Shown in pieces: positions 10,826-20,845 of a DNA stretch of 64,000 nucleotides. This stretch comes from a virus. The notes under the pieces are model-generated. The model had not been told where the DNA came from and did no database searches. It saw only the letters and a program-made list of their open reading frames with translations. Location: the IMG/VR virus record IMGVR_UViG_3300025849_002481, positions 11,721 through 75,720 of that record, one strand, 5' to 3'. Made by a program: the position numbers and the translations under genes. Positions within the stretch are counted from its first letter, which is position 1. Every line of letters starts with the position of its first letter.

Positions 10826-12136
10826 ATGGCACTTACTTCGAATGGATTTTTAGATAATTTAGTAAATGGGATATTAGGTCCCAAAGGCAACATGGCCGAC
10901 TGGTCACATGCTAGTAGACTTTATGTTGACGGTAATTTAAAACTTGCTCCTAAGAGCAAATTTTTATATCATACATATTTTCAATTAGACAAAGTTGCAA
11001 CATCTGTACTTCCTGAATTAGAAAATCATAAATTAGAAATAGGCATGCTCGTTAAAAATGCAGAGTTGCCAAAATATACATCTGTTGTTGAAACACGTAA
11101 CAAATATAACAGAAAGAAAAATGTACAAACAGGAATACAATACGAGCCTATTACAATTACATTCCATGATGATAATTATGGTGTAACTACAGCATTATTA
11201 GAAGCATATTATAGATATTATTTTGCTGACGGCGGTTATGGACGTTTACCTGGAGCTTTTAATAAAGCTGGCACAGGCGATAACACATACAAAGGCTCAG
11301 GGCGTAACCAATTTAAATATGGTTTAGATAATAATATTACTGTACCGTTTTTTAAAAACATACAAATTAGTCAACTAGCTAAACGTACATACACTACATA
11401 TACACTAGTAAATCCTATTATTACAAACTGGCAACACGATCAAGTTGATAATAGTGATGCTTCAACGCCTATGCAAAACACAATAACTGTTGCATACGAA
11501 GCTGTACATTATTCAAGAGGCCCGAGTGATAATAACAATCCTGATCAACCAGGACCAGTAGGATTTGGATCAACTGAACATTATGATAAACAGCCATCAC
11601 CTATATCTTTATTAGGTGGCGGCACGTTAGGTCTAGACGGAGTATTTGGAGCCGGCACAGACTTATACGATTACATATCTAAAGGCACAGGATTTAAAAG
11701 TCCTTTAGAAGCAGGACTGGCAGCGTTCCAGTTAATAAGAGGACTTGAAAACTTAACATCAGACGGTGTAAGAGAAGAAGTAAATAATTTGTTAAACGAC
11801 ACATTGGGTGATATAGGAAATGTAAATGTTAGTGGAGTAGCTAACACAGTGATACCTAAGAATAACGGACAAGGTGGAAGTAATGATACAACACAAGCTT
11901 CAAGTATAACTACAATAGGGCCTTCAACAACAGCTAATCCAATTGGCTCAACTACAAAACAATTACTTCAAGATAATCCACTTGCACTTGAAGATGCAGC
12001 AAAAAGTGTATATAAGAGTGATTACTTAACTTCCGGAGGCACTGGCGGTGTGAACGGAATTAATACATCTTGGGATTCATTACCCGAAGGAACTAAAGAA
12101 CTTTACAGAGAAAAGGCATTAGATATAACATTATGA
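10826..12136 (+). CDS. Tail tube-like / baseplate-tube junction virion protein
   Basis: ELPK...YNRK...YEPITITFHDD tube-like fold motifs; located in the tail module. Confidence 0.5.
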   Translation: MALTSNGFLDNLVNGILGPKGNMADWSHASRLYVDGNLKLAPKSKFLYHTYFQLDKVATSVLPELENHKLEIGMLVKNAELPKYTSVVETRNKYNRKKNVQTGIQYEPITITFHDDNYGVTTALLEAYYRYYFADGGYGRLPGAFNKAGTGDNTYKGSGRNQFKYGLDNNITVPFFKNIQISQLAKRTYTTYTLVNPIITNWQHDQVDNSDASTPMQNTITVAYEAVHYSRGPSDNNNPDQPGPVGFGSTEHYDKQPSPISLLGGGTLGLDGVFGAGTDLYDYISKGTGFKSPLEAGLAAFQLIRGLENLTSDGVREEVNNLLNDTLGDIGNVNVSGVANTVIPKNNGQGGSNDTTQASSITTIGPSTTANPIGSTTKQLLQDNPLALEDAAKSVYKSDYLTSGGTGGVNGINTSWDSLPEGTKELYREKALDITL

Positions 12137-12603
12137 ATAATGGATTACCAATAAAAAGTGTTTCAAAGAAAAGTGATGAAGATACACGACTATTTTTTGA
12201 CAAATATCTTACTAGGACAATAAACTTTAATGATAATGATTTAAATTCAGTAGTTGGGTTTTTTGAGAAAAAAGGATTTGATAAAGCTAGTGCAATATCT
12301 GTAGGACTTGTATTGTTACAACAAGCTAAATTAGATAATGTAAAAATTTTTAAATTACTTGATACATTATCAGGATATGAAGAATTGCAACTAAGTGCTA
12401 TTGTAGCCGAAGTCCTTAACTACAATCGAAAGCGTACTAGTGCTATAGGTTTTAAAAAACAAAACGTAGATAATAGATTAGAAAAAAGAAATATAATTGA
12501 AGGTTCGCCAGCAAATATTATAATAAATAGCGAAGTTGAGAATAACTTTAGTGCAACTGGATTTACATTTGATTCTGAAACAAGAACCTGGGATGGAGCA
12601 TAA
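12133..12603 (+). CDS. Hypothetical virion-module protein
   Basis: 156-aa ORF, translationally coupled to the preceding gene. Confidence 0.65.
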   Translation: MNNGLPIKSVSKKSDEDTRLFFDKYLTRTINFNDNDLNSVVGFFEKKGFDKASAISVGLVLLQQAKLDNVKIFKLLDTLSGYEELQLSAIVAEVLNYNRKRTSAIGFKKQNVDNRLEKRNIIEGSPANIIINSEVENNFSATGFTFDSETRTWDGA

Positions 12604-12606
12604 CAC

Positions 12607-14031
12607 ATGGCAAAACAAATAATTAATAGAGGATCTAATGCAAACGACGGCACCGGCGATAGTTTGCGTGACGGTGCTGATAAACTTAACACTAACTTTT
12701 CAGAAATTTATAGTGTATTAGGTGACGGCAATAATCTACTTACTACTGATATAGACTTTGGAACTAATAAGCTATTACATTCTAATATGGTATCAGGATT
12801 AAATGATTTAGTTGGAATTGATCCTACAAGGTATCATGGACTAGTTATGCATGTACATGAAACAGGTGGATTATATTATGCACATAGTGGAGCATGGAGA
12901 AAGCTGTTAACTGATGCTTCTAGTAGTGTAGCTAACTATACTGACTCGTTAGATACTGTTGCTTATTCAGGAAATTATAATGATTTAAATAGCCGTCCAA
13001 CAATACCTAGTGTATTAACAGATGTAGGAATTACAGATGGTAGTGCAGGACAAGTATTAAGTACAGATGGAACTGGAAATTTTGTATTTAGAGATGTTGT
13101 AGCAACTAGTATTGCATTTTCTAATGTAACTGATAAACCAACAACACTTGCTGGTTACGGAATTACAGATTCCTTTACTGGGCGTTATCAAGATTTAACA
13201 AACTTACCAACATTGTTTGACGGAGTATATAGTAGCTTAACTAGCAGACCAACTATACCAACAGATATAGACGATTTAACAGATAATGAAAATGCATTAT
13301 TTGATGGAGAATATAATAGCTTAAATAATCGACCTATAATACCGGAAGATGTTAGCGATTTAACAGATACTACTAACTTACTTTTTAGTAGAAGTTATGC
13401 TGACTTAACTAACAAACCTACATCATTTGCATTGCTGTCAACACTACAAATGGCACTTGGTATTGAAGTTGATGAATTTAGTAATGATTCTGGTTTAACA
13501 GATAATAGTGAAACAGCATTAGTTACTGAAAGAGCTGTTAAAACCTATGTTGATACAAATGCACCTAGCACTTTAACAGATATAGGGATTACAGACGGTA
13601 GTGCAGGACAAGTGTTAACTACAAACGGCGCTGGTGTATTTACATTCCAAGCTGCAGGCGATACTATTGGTAACTTTACACTTTCAAATAGTATTATTGA
13701 TACAGATGATTCTAGTCCAATTAGTATTACTCCGTCAGTGTATGCTAGAAGTGATCTTTTTGTTGAAAACGACTTAGAGGTGTCAAACAACTTAGTTGTA
13801 AACGGAGATATTGTTACTGCATCAGCAGGTACTCCAGAACTAGTTAGCGACTCGAGTATTTCCTTAACTGCAACCGACAGGGTAGAAATAACACAGAGTC
13901 CGTTGAAGATGGCAAGTTTTACAACTACAGAGAGAAACTTGCTTAGTGCAGAAAACGGCGATATAATTTACAATACAACAGACAATAAATTCCAAGGTTA
14001 CGAAAACGGTTCTTGGGCAAACTTAATTTAA
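12607..14031 (+). CDS. Baseplate-attached fibre protein with gp9/gp10-like N-terminus
   Basis: KQIIN.G..ANDGTGDSLRDGADKLNTNF attachment motif; YxDLxxxP repeats; duplicated GITDGSAGQVL. Confidence 0.75.
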   Translation: MAKQIINRGSNANDGTGDSLRDGADKLNTNFSEIYSVLGDGNNLLTTDIDFGTNKLLHSNMVSGLNDLVGIDPTRYHGLVMHVHETGGLYYAHSGAWRKLLTDASSSVANYTDSLDTVAYSGNYNDLNSRPTIPSVLTDVGITDGSAGQVLSTDGTGNFVFRDVVATSIAFSNVTDKPTTLAGYGITDSFTGRYQDLTNLPTLFDGVYSSLTSRPTIPTDIDDLTDNENALFDGEYNSLNNRPIIPEDVSDLTDTTNLLFSRSYADLTNKPTSFALLSTLQMALGIEVDEFSNDSGLTDNSETALVTERAVKTYVDTNAPSTLTDIGITDGSAGQVLTTNGAGVFTFQAAGDTIGNFTLSNSIIDTDDSSPISITPSVYARSDLFVENDLEVSNNLVVNGDIVTASAGTPELVSDSSISLTATDRVEITQSPLKMASFTTTERNLLSAENGDIIYNTTDNKFQGYENGSWANLI

Positions 14032-14040
14032 GGATAGATT

Positions 14041-16077
14041 ATGGCTGAAAAGTATTATCAACTAGGTACACATACTGCAGAACAATGGCACGAAGTACAC
14101 AACGAACTAGCAGTAGAAACAAGCGGATTATCAACAGTACCTGACAGATGTGTGCAATGCCATGACGAAAAACTACACAGTCCTACACGCGGCACTTTTT
14201 TACTTACAGATGAAGAGGCAGACACTCTTCGCGCAGATCCAAGAATAAAATTCCTCAATATTGATTATATGAGCTATCCTGAAACATATAAGGCTCCGCC
14301 AGATGAAATTCAAGCAACTCCAGCAAAGTTGTTTAATCGATGGAATGATACTGTAAAAGTCTATAGGGAATTTGAAGTAAGCAATACCCTACCGGGTGTG
14401 CCAGGTGCAACAGACATTAATCGTACTGGGTATCAATTGTTACGCCCTATGCAAAAATTAGATCCTTGGGTAGACAACGGTTATACAGATAATTTTGTAG
14501 TAGAAAACGATATACAACAGTACGGTAACGGTAAGGATGTTGACGTAATTGTAGCAGACGACGGCGCTGGCTGGATAGGTCATCCTGAATTTCAAAACAA
14601 CTGTTCAGGTGCTAAACCTACTGGATACACAGGCGGCAACAAACTGCCAGGCAACGGCACATGCGATGTGTTAGACCTTGTGTTAGATGCACCTTATTAT
14701 CTAGATCCAGAATATTTTGATGCTGATGCAGCAAACAGACTCACAACAAGATGGGACGGTACAACGGTACCAGTCGAAAGTTTCGCAAGAGGTTGGTGGA
14801 CAAGCACTAGCAACAGAAGTAGTACTTTTAATGTTGCAAATCCTAGTGCTGGTGCTGTATCGTCTATTACAAGCTCTTACACGCGAGCTAACTGTAACGG
14901 CAGTAACACAGCACAAAGTGCTGTAGGACAGCACTGTACGCCCTGTATGGCGCTTACATACGGTAGAACACAGGGCTGGGCATACAACGCTAACAAATGG
15001 GCACTTAACTTATATGGCACATACGGCAGTGATATTGAAAGAGGCTTTGATATACAAAAGATTTTCCATCAAACCAAACCTGTTAATATTACATACGGCA
15101 CACAGGATCCTACAGTAAGTTCAAACAGTTGGGGCTATCGTGCAAGTAAAGGTGCTTTTAACGATTACTATCATTTCCGTGAAGATGCTGCTGTTCAATA
15201 TAGCGGCACTGGTTCAGAACCTGAATTTATTCGTCATATGGGCCTCACAGGCGATGCTGGCCGTTGGAAAAGCGAAATGAAAACCAACTCACTTACTACA
15301 GCACTTGACGAACTTATTGATAGTGGCGTTATATTTGTATGCGCTGCTGGCAACAGTAATCAAAAACAAGTAAATTGGGGACATCAAGACTTTGACAATT
15401 ATATTAGTAATGGTGAAGCTACTACTTTAGAAAATAGTAATTATTTTGAATTTGGTGTTGCAACTACAGGTACAACAAATAGACGTGGATTTCCACAACA
15501 AGGTGGCAAAACTGTAGACGGCATTACAGGCGAAGTTACATATAAAACTATAAACATCGGTGCATTAGACGACGACTATGCAGTTGGAAACTTGGAAAGA
15601 AAAGTAACCTACAGCGACAGAGGAGAAGGTATAGATTTTTATATGCCTGCAGACGGCACACTAGCAGCAAATAGAAGTTATGCTTCAGAAGGTAGATATC
15701 CTGATACATATCCAGGATTTACTGCTAATAGCGGCAGTGGTGCAGGTGTTCCAGAAGATTGTGCGTTTGGAGGTACAAGTGCAGCGTGTCCTGTTGCTGC
15801 TGGTTTTATTTCTACCTTGATAGGATTAAATCGAAACTGGACCTACCAAAATGTATATGAATATCTTAATACATTAGATGTACAAGATCAATCAAACTTT
15901 TATTACGGAACTGAATCAGTAAGTGCTACTGATACTAACTGGTTTGATTATAATAGCCTAGAAGGCGGAGCAGCAAGAGTAGGCTATCAGTTTATTAGTC
16001 CTGTGGTTCTTAGAGCTAGAGTAAAAGGTAACTTTGTGTTTAAAAACGGGTTGAAATTACGATTTAAGAGCGAATAA
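14041..16077 (+). CDS. Subtilisin-family (S8) serine protease
   Basis: Triad motifs VIVADDG, GQHCTPC and FGGTSAACP; oxyanion AAGN. Confidence 0.8.
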   Translation: MAEKYYQLGTHTAEQWHEVHNELAVETSGLSTVPDRCVQCHDEKLHSPTRGTFLLTDEEADTLRADPRIKFLNIDYMSYPETYKAPPDEIQATPAKLFNRWNDTVKVYREFEVSNTLPGVPGATDINRTGYQLLRPMQKLDPWVDNGYTDNFVVENDIQQYGNGKDVDVIVADDGAGWIGHPEFQNNCSGAKPTGYTGGNKLPGNGTCDVLDLVLDAPYYLDPEYFDADAANRLTTRWDGTTVPVESFARGWWTSTSNRSSTFNVANPSAGAVSSITSSYTRANCNGSNTAQSAVGQHCTPCMALTYGRTQGWAYNANKWALNLYGTYGSDIERGFDIQKIFHQTKPVNITYGTQDPTVSSNSWGYRASKGAFNDYYHFREDAAVQYSGTGSEPEFIRHMGLTGDAGRWKSEMKTNSLTTALDELIDSGVIFVCAAGNSNQKQVNWGHQDFDNYISNGEATTLENSNYFEFGVATTGTTNRRGFPQQGGKTVDGITGEVTYKTINIGALDDDYAVGNLERKVTYSDRGEGIDFYMPADGTLAANRSYASEGRYPDTYPGFTANSGSGAGVPEDCAFGGTSAACPVAAGFISTLIGLNRNWTYQNVYEYLNTLDVQDQSNFYYGTESVSATDTNWFDYNSLEGGAARVGYQFISPVVLRARVKGNFVFKNGLKLRFKSE

Positions 16078-16085
16078 GAAATAAC

Positions 16086-16523
16086 ATGGCTAGATTTGCA
16101 CAAGGAAAGTTTGCAGTCAAAAACGCAGAAAAGTTTGTAGGCAATAAAACTCCTACCTATCGTAGTAGTTGGGAATTTGCATTTATGAAATTCTGTGATG
16201 AAAATCCTAATGTAACGCAATGGGCCAGCGAAGCAATACGCATACCTTATCGAAATCCGCTAAGTGGAAAATATACAATATATGTTCCTGATTTTTTTAT
16301 TGCATATGCTGACAATTCAGGAAAACAAAAAGTTGAATTAATTGAAGTTAAACCAGCTAATCAAACAATTAAAGAAAAATTAGGAAAAAGCAAAGCAAAT
16401 CAATTACACTTTGTAGTTAATCAAGCTAAATGGCAAGCAGCTAGGGCATGGTGTAAACAAAAGGGCATTACGTTTAGAATTATAAATGAGGGAGATATAT
16501 TTCATCAAGGCCGCCGAAAATGA
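16086..16523 (+). CDS. Head completion nuclease (gp4-like, TnsA-type)
   Basis: YRSSWE, WASE, YVPDF, IEVKP, NQAKWQAA. Confidence 0.9.
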   Translation: MARFAQGKFAVKNAEKFVGNKTPTYRSSWEFAFMKFCDENPNVTQWASEAIRIPYRNPLSGKYTIYVPDFFIAYADNSGKQKVELIEVKPANQTIKEKLGKSKANQLHFVVNQAKWQAARAWCKQKGITFRIINEGDIFHQGRRK

Positions 16524-17149
16524 ATATAACATTTTACGACAAAGATAATAATCCCTGGACATTTTTACATGTTCCTAAAACCGCAGGCAAAAGTATTAGT
16601 GCTTATATCATGCGCAATGATAATAGTAAGACATTACACCCGTCTAGCCATGCAACTGTAAAAGAAATGCAATCTTTAAATGTTAATTTAGGTACAACTT
16701 TTGCAGTATTTAGAAACCCTTATGCTAGAGCTGTAAGTTTATACAAATATTTGTATGAAGACGATATAAAAAAAGTATTAGAATCATCAATACCTTACTT
16801 CCATCAAATACCAAATACTGACTGGCACAATACTGTTATGAAAGAGCATGGAAATAATTTAAGTTTTCTATCGTTTTGTAAAAAATTACCTTGGCTTCCA
16901 TTAGGTATAGAACAGCATCATTATCTACCTGTAGACAAAAGACTAAAAATGGAAACATTAGACAAGGACTTTAAGTTTATACAAGATTTATTAGGCACTA
17001 AAGAGCCATTGTATAAATTTAATTGTACTAACAATAAGCCTTGGAGAAGTTATTACACATCTGCTTCAAAAAAAATTATATATCAAACATATAAAAAAGA
17101 CTTTAAATTATTAGGTTATTCAAAAGATATAAATAATAGTAGCATATAA
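16520..17149 (+). CDS. Sulfotransferase (Sulfotransfer_2-like)
   Basis: 5'-PSB motif FLHVPKTAGKS, 3'-PB motif RNPYARAVSLY, C-terminal DFKLLGY. Confidence 0.8.
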   Translation: MNITFYDKDNNPWTFLHVPKTAGKSISAYIMRNDNSKTLHPSSHATVKEMQSLNVNLGTTFAVFRNPYARAVSLYKYLYEDDIKKVLESSIPYFHQIPNTDWHNTVMKEHGNNLSFLSFCKKLPWLPLGIEQHHYLPVDKRLKMETLDKDFKFIQDLLGTKEPLYKFNCTNNKPWRSYYTSASKKIIYQTYKKDFKLLGYSKDINNSSI

Positions 17150-17161
17150 TGGATCTAACTT

Positions 17162-17665
17162 ATGACTAAAAAACTTGAAGAATTACTGAATTTGCCTGAC
17201 TCTAAAGAAATTTTGGATCAAGCAAAGGAAGAAGAAAAAAAGAAGAAAAAAGAATCGGCTGTTATTGAGCAAGAAGAAAGTTTGCGAGATATAGCAGAGT
17301 TTGATAAAATAGCTAGTGCATTGCCAGCTGTAAAAGGTTTAGGCGAAATGGCCGATAAAGAATTAAACGAAGTTGCTGAAAAAGCAATGTCAGCATATGA
17401 GGATTTAATGGATCTTGGTATGAATGTTGAAAGTCGTTATAGTGGGCGTGTATTTGAAGTTGCCGGCGGCATGCTTAAAACTAGCCTAGATGCTAAAGTT
17501 GCTAAGTTAGATAAAAAGCTAAAAATGATTGATTTACAACTTAAAAAAGAAAAACAAGATAAAGATGGCGGCGGAGAGACTGGAATGATTGAAGGACAGG
17601 GCTATGTTGTTACTGACCGCAATAGTCTACTAGAGAAGCTCAAAGGGTTAGATAAAGATAAATAA
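17162..17665 (+). CDS. Hypothetical helical protein, possible small terminase
   Basis: Coiled-coil composition, RVFEVA motif, upstream of the large terminase. Confidence 0.4.
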   Translation: MTKKLEELLNLPDSKEILDQAKEEEKKKKKESAVIEQEESLRDIAEFDKIASALPAVKGLGEMADKELNEVAEKAMSAYEDLMDLGMNVESRYSGRVFEVAGGMLKTSLDAKVAKLDKKLKMIDLQLKKEKQDKDGGGETGMIEGQGYVVTDRNSLLEKLKGLDKDK

Positions 17666-17686
17666 CATATAAGTAGGACAGTTAAT

Positions 17687-18184
17687 ATGAAAAAATTTAA
17701 AGACATTTTAGTAGAATCTAAAAAAACATACAAGTTCATTGTGCGCATTGCTGATGAGTTGCCTGAAGATTGTATGGAGCAAATGAAACAAGCACTTGGT
17801 AAATTTGATCTTGTAAGTTTAAGTAATGCAAAACGAACACCAATACAAGAACGTCCTTTAGATTTTCCAGAACTTCAAAATATGCAAATACATACATTTG
17901 AAGCAGAAGTAAACTATCCAACTACTACACAAGTATTACATAATTACCTAGTAAATACTTGCAACGTTCCAGCAGGACATATGATTGTTAGAGCTGAAGG
18001 CGAACCATTAGAACTAACACAAGCACCAGTTAAAGAAGAGCCATACGAAGCAATACTTAACACTGAAGATATGGGCGGCGAAAGCGGCCAAGATAGCGTT
18101 GGTGAAAACAGGGTAATGGATCTACTTAAAGAACTAGAAACAGCTCGCAAAGAACGCGACTTTGCTGCAACGGAGACAAAATAA
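17687..18184 (+). CDS. Hypothetical (probable virion) protein
   Basis: 165-aa ORF after a TAAATA box. Confidence 0.6.
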   Translation: MKKFKDILVESKKTYKFIVRIADELPEDCMEQMKQALGKFDLVSLSNAKRTPIQERPLDFPELQNMQIHTFEAEVNYPTTTQVLHNYLVNTCNVPAGHMIVRAEGEPLELTQAPVKEEPYEAILNTEDMGGESGQDSVGENRVMDLLKELETARKERDFAATETK

Positions 18185-18918
18185 TGGATATGAAAAAAAT
18201 ATTAGAAAATATGGATGCAGCAGCAGCAGGCAAAAAACCAGCAGGCGCAGCTGATGCAGGAAGTATGAAATCAATTTTAGAATCATTAAATAAAGTTACA
18301 CAAGCACCAATTGAAGAATGCGGCGATAATATGATGGCATCACAAGAAATGCCAATGTCGTCAGAAGGTGGACACCCAGTAACAATAAGTGTTACAGCGT
18401 CAGGTAAAGAAAACGTAAATGATTTAATGGACTTAATTAAATTAGCAGGCGGCAATGCTGAACAGCATGTAGATATGCCAATGGCACATGATGCGCATAT
18501 TGATACTGATTCACATAATGTATCAGGACAAGAAATGGATATGGCAACTATGCGTTCTATTATGTCAGCTGGCGACGACCGTGAAGAAGCAGAAGCGGAT
18601 GCTGAAGAAGAAGTTGAAGAATGGTCAAACTCTCCACTAGATTCAGAAGGTGAAGAAGAGTATAGAGATCACGAGTATATGACAAGAGATCTAAGCGGCG
18701 GCATTAATAGAGAAAAACCAAAAGGTTCAGAGCGTGTCAAAGATCCAGCTACAGAATCGATTAAAGAAAAACTTTGGGCTGCACTAAGCGAAAAGAAAAC
18801 TGTCGAGGGCAGAGGACGTGGTAAAAAGAAATTAAAAGCATCACGTGGCAATGAAGATATTAAGACAACTGAGGGCTCTAGAGGTAAAAAGAGTCGTGGC
18901 AAGAAGTCAAGAGGTTAA
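18184..18918 (+). CDS. Acidic hypothetical protein with a basic SRG-repeat tail
   Basis: 244-aa ORF ending SRGKKSRGKKSRG. Confidence 0.6.
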   Translation: MDMKKILENMDAAAAGKKPAGAADAGSMKSILESLNKVTQAPIEECGDNMMASQEMPMSSEGGHPVTISVTASGKENVNDLMDLIKLAGGNAEQHVDMPMAHDAHIDTDSHNVSGQEMDMATMRSIMSAGDDREEAEADAEEEVEEWSNSPLDSEGEEEYRDHEYMTRDLSGGINREKPKGSERVKDPATESIKEKLWAALSEKKTVEGRGRGKKKLKASRGNEDIKTTEGSRGKKSRGKKSRG

Positions 18919-19246
18919 TTGGGAAGAATATTTCCAACATATTAAACCTGTATGTCCATGGAGCGGCGCAGCTCTTAAAAAAGGCGAATTAAAAATTACA
19001 CAATGGTCTGGAGAAATTGAGCCACTAGGCAACAACCAGGCCATTGTTTATATCTGTCCAAACTACAATCGTAGAAGACTAAAAAAATTACATAAAAAAA
19101 TTGACAATGGTGAATACGAATGGCTATGGAGTGAACCAACTAATGGCCCTAATGCATCACCTGTACCTGTACTAATACAACAAGATAAACGTAAGCTGTT
19201 TGATTTAAGATTCGATACAGGCTACTATGACGATATTATAGGTTAA
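18845..19246 (+). CDS. Hypothetical protein (true start probably GTG near 18896)
   Basis: ORF fills the gap before the terminase; VCPWS motif. Confidence 0.55.
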   Translation: MAMKILRQLRALEVKRVVARSQEVNWEEYFQHIKPVCPWSGAALKKGELKITQWSGEIEPLGNNQAIVYICPNYNRRRLKKLHKKIDNGEYEWLWSEPTNGPNASPVPVLIQQDKRKLFDLRFDTGYYDDIIG

Positions 19247-19253
19247 ATACAGT

Positions 19254-20834
19254 ATGGCAGCATCATTAGACGGCGTCTTAATTAAGAAGGCAAATAAACA
19301 AGAAACATTTACTGAAGAACAGATGCAAGATCTTATGTCTTGTATGGATCCTGACGAAGGGTACTTACACTTTGCACGACATTTTGCTTTCATTCAACAT
19401 CCTGTACAAGGTAAACTTATGTTTGATCCTTATGAGTATCAACTACGTTTAATGCACAGTTATCACAACTATCGCTTTAATATTAACATGATGCCTAGAC
19501 AAACAGGCAAAACTACGTGTGCTAGTATCTATCTAGCATGGTATGCAATGTTTAATCCAGATCAAACTATCCTAGTAGCGGCGCACAAGTATACAGGCGC
19601 ACAAGAAATTATGTCACGTATACGTTATGTATATGAAACTTGTCCTGATCATATTAGAGCAGGTGTTACATCATACAACAAACAATCAATTGAATTCGAA
19701 AATGGATCACGTATTGTTGCACAGACAACAACAGGCAATACAGGACGTGGTATGTCAATCTCGCTACTATACTGTGACGAGTTTGCATTTGTGCAACCTA
19801 ACATCGCGGAAGAGTTTTGGACATCAATATCACCTACACTAGCAACTGGTGGTCGTGCTATTATTACAAGTACGCCAAACAGTGATGAAGATACATTTGC
19901 TACTATTTGGAAACAAGCTGAAGAAAAGTTTGATGCGCATGGCAACGAACAAGAACTAGGTATAAACGGCTTCCATAGTTTTGTTGCACAATGGGACGAA
20001 CATCCAGACAGAGATGAAGAATGGAAGACAGAAGAAATCGGACGCATCGGAGAAGAAAAGTTTAGACGTGAATATGGTTGTGAATTCTTAGTATTTGATG
20101 AAACATTAATTAATTCAATTAAACTTGCTGTTATGGAGGGCGGAAAACCTGCTCTTAATATGGGACAAACACGCTGGTATAAAAAACCAACTAATCAATA
20201 CACATATTGTGTAGCACTTGATCCTAGTATGGGTACAGGTGGAGATAATGCTGCTATACAAGTATTTGAATTACCTAGTTACGAACAAGTAGCTGAATGG
20301 CAACACAACCAAACAGCAATACCTGGACAGGTAAGAGTACTTGCAGATATATGTAAATATCTTGAACAAGAAACTAAGAACACAAACGGAATATATTGGA
20401 GTGTCGAAAACAACGGCATTGGCGAAGCAGCTTTGCTTGTTATTAATGACTTTGGTGAAGAAAATATACCCGGACTGTTTGTAAGTGAACCAATGCGTAA
20501 AGGACATGTTAGAAAATTCCGTAAAGGATTTAATACTACACACAGTACTAAAATTACAGCATGTAGTCGATTAAAAACTATGATCGAAAATGATAAAATG
20601 GTAATACATAGCAAACCTTTAATATCAGAACTTAAAGGATTTGTTGCAACAGGATCAAGCTATCAAGCAAAAAGTGGTATGGGTGACGACTTAGTAAGCG
20701 CAACATTACTTGCTATTAGAATGATGAGTGTTCTTAAAGATTGGGATCCTAGAGTTTATAGTACGTTTAATCAAGCAGAAGATTTAGAAGATTACGAGCC
20801 GCCCATGCCTATCTTTATTAGTAGTAACTATTGA
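19254..20834 (+). CDS. Large terminase subunit (gp17-like)
   Basis: PRQTGKT Walker A, LLYCDEFAF Walker B, TSTPN, nuclease DPS.G.G.D, ENN, DDLV. Confidence 0.97.
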   Translation: MAASLDGVLIKKANKQETFTEEQMQDLMSCMDPDEGYLHFARHFAFIQHPVQGKLMFDPYEYQLRLMHSYHNYRFNINMMPRQTGKTTCASIYLAWYAMFNPDQTILVAAHKYTGAQEIMSRIRYVYETCPDHIRAGVTSYNKQSIEFENGSRIVAQTTTGNTGRGMSISLLYCDEFAFVQPNIAEEFWTSISPTLATGGRAIITSTPNSDEDTFATIWKQAEEKFDAHGNEQELGINGFHSFVAQWDEHPDRDEEWKTEEIGRIGEEKFRREYGCEFLVFDETLINSIKLAVMEGGKPALNMGQTRWYKKPTNQYTYCVALDPSMGTGGDNAAIQVFELPSYEQVAEWQHNQTAIPGQVRVLADICKYLEQETKNTNGIYWSVENNGIGEAALLVINDFGEENIPGLFVSEPMRKGHVRKFRKGFNTTHSTKITACSRLKTMIENDKMVIHSKPLISELKGFVATGSSYQAKSGMGDDLVSATLLAIRMMSVLKDWDPRVYSTFNQAEDLEDYEPPMPIFISSNY

Positions 20835-20845
20835 TAAATACTAGC

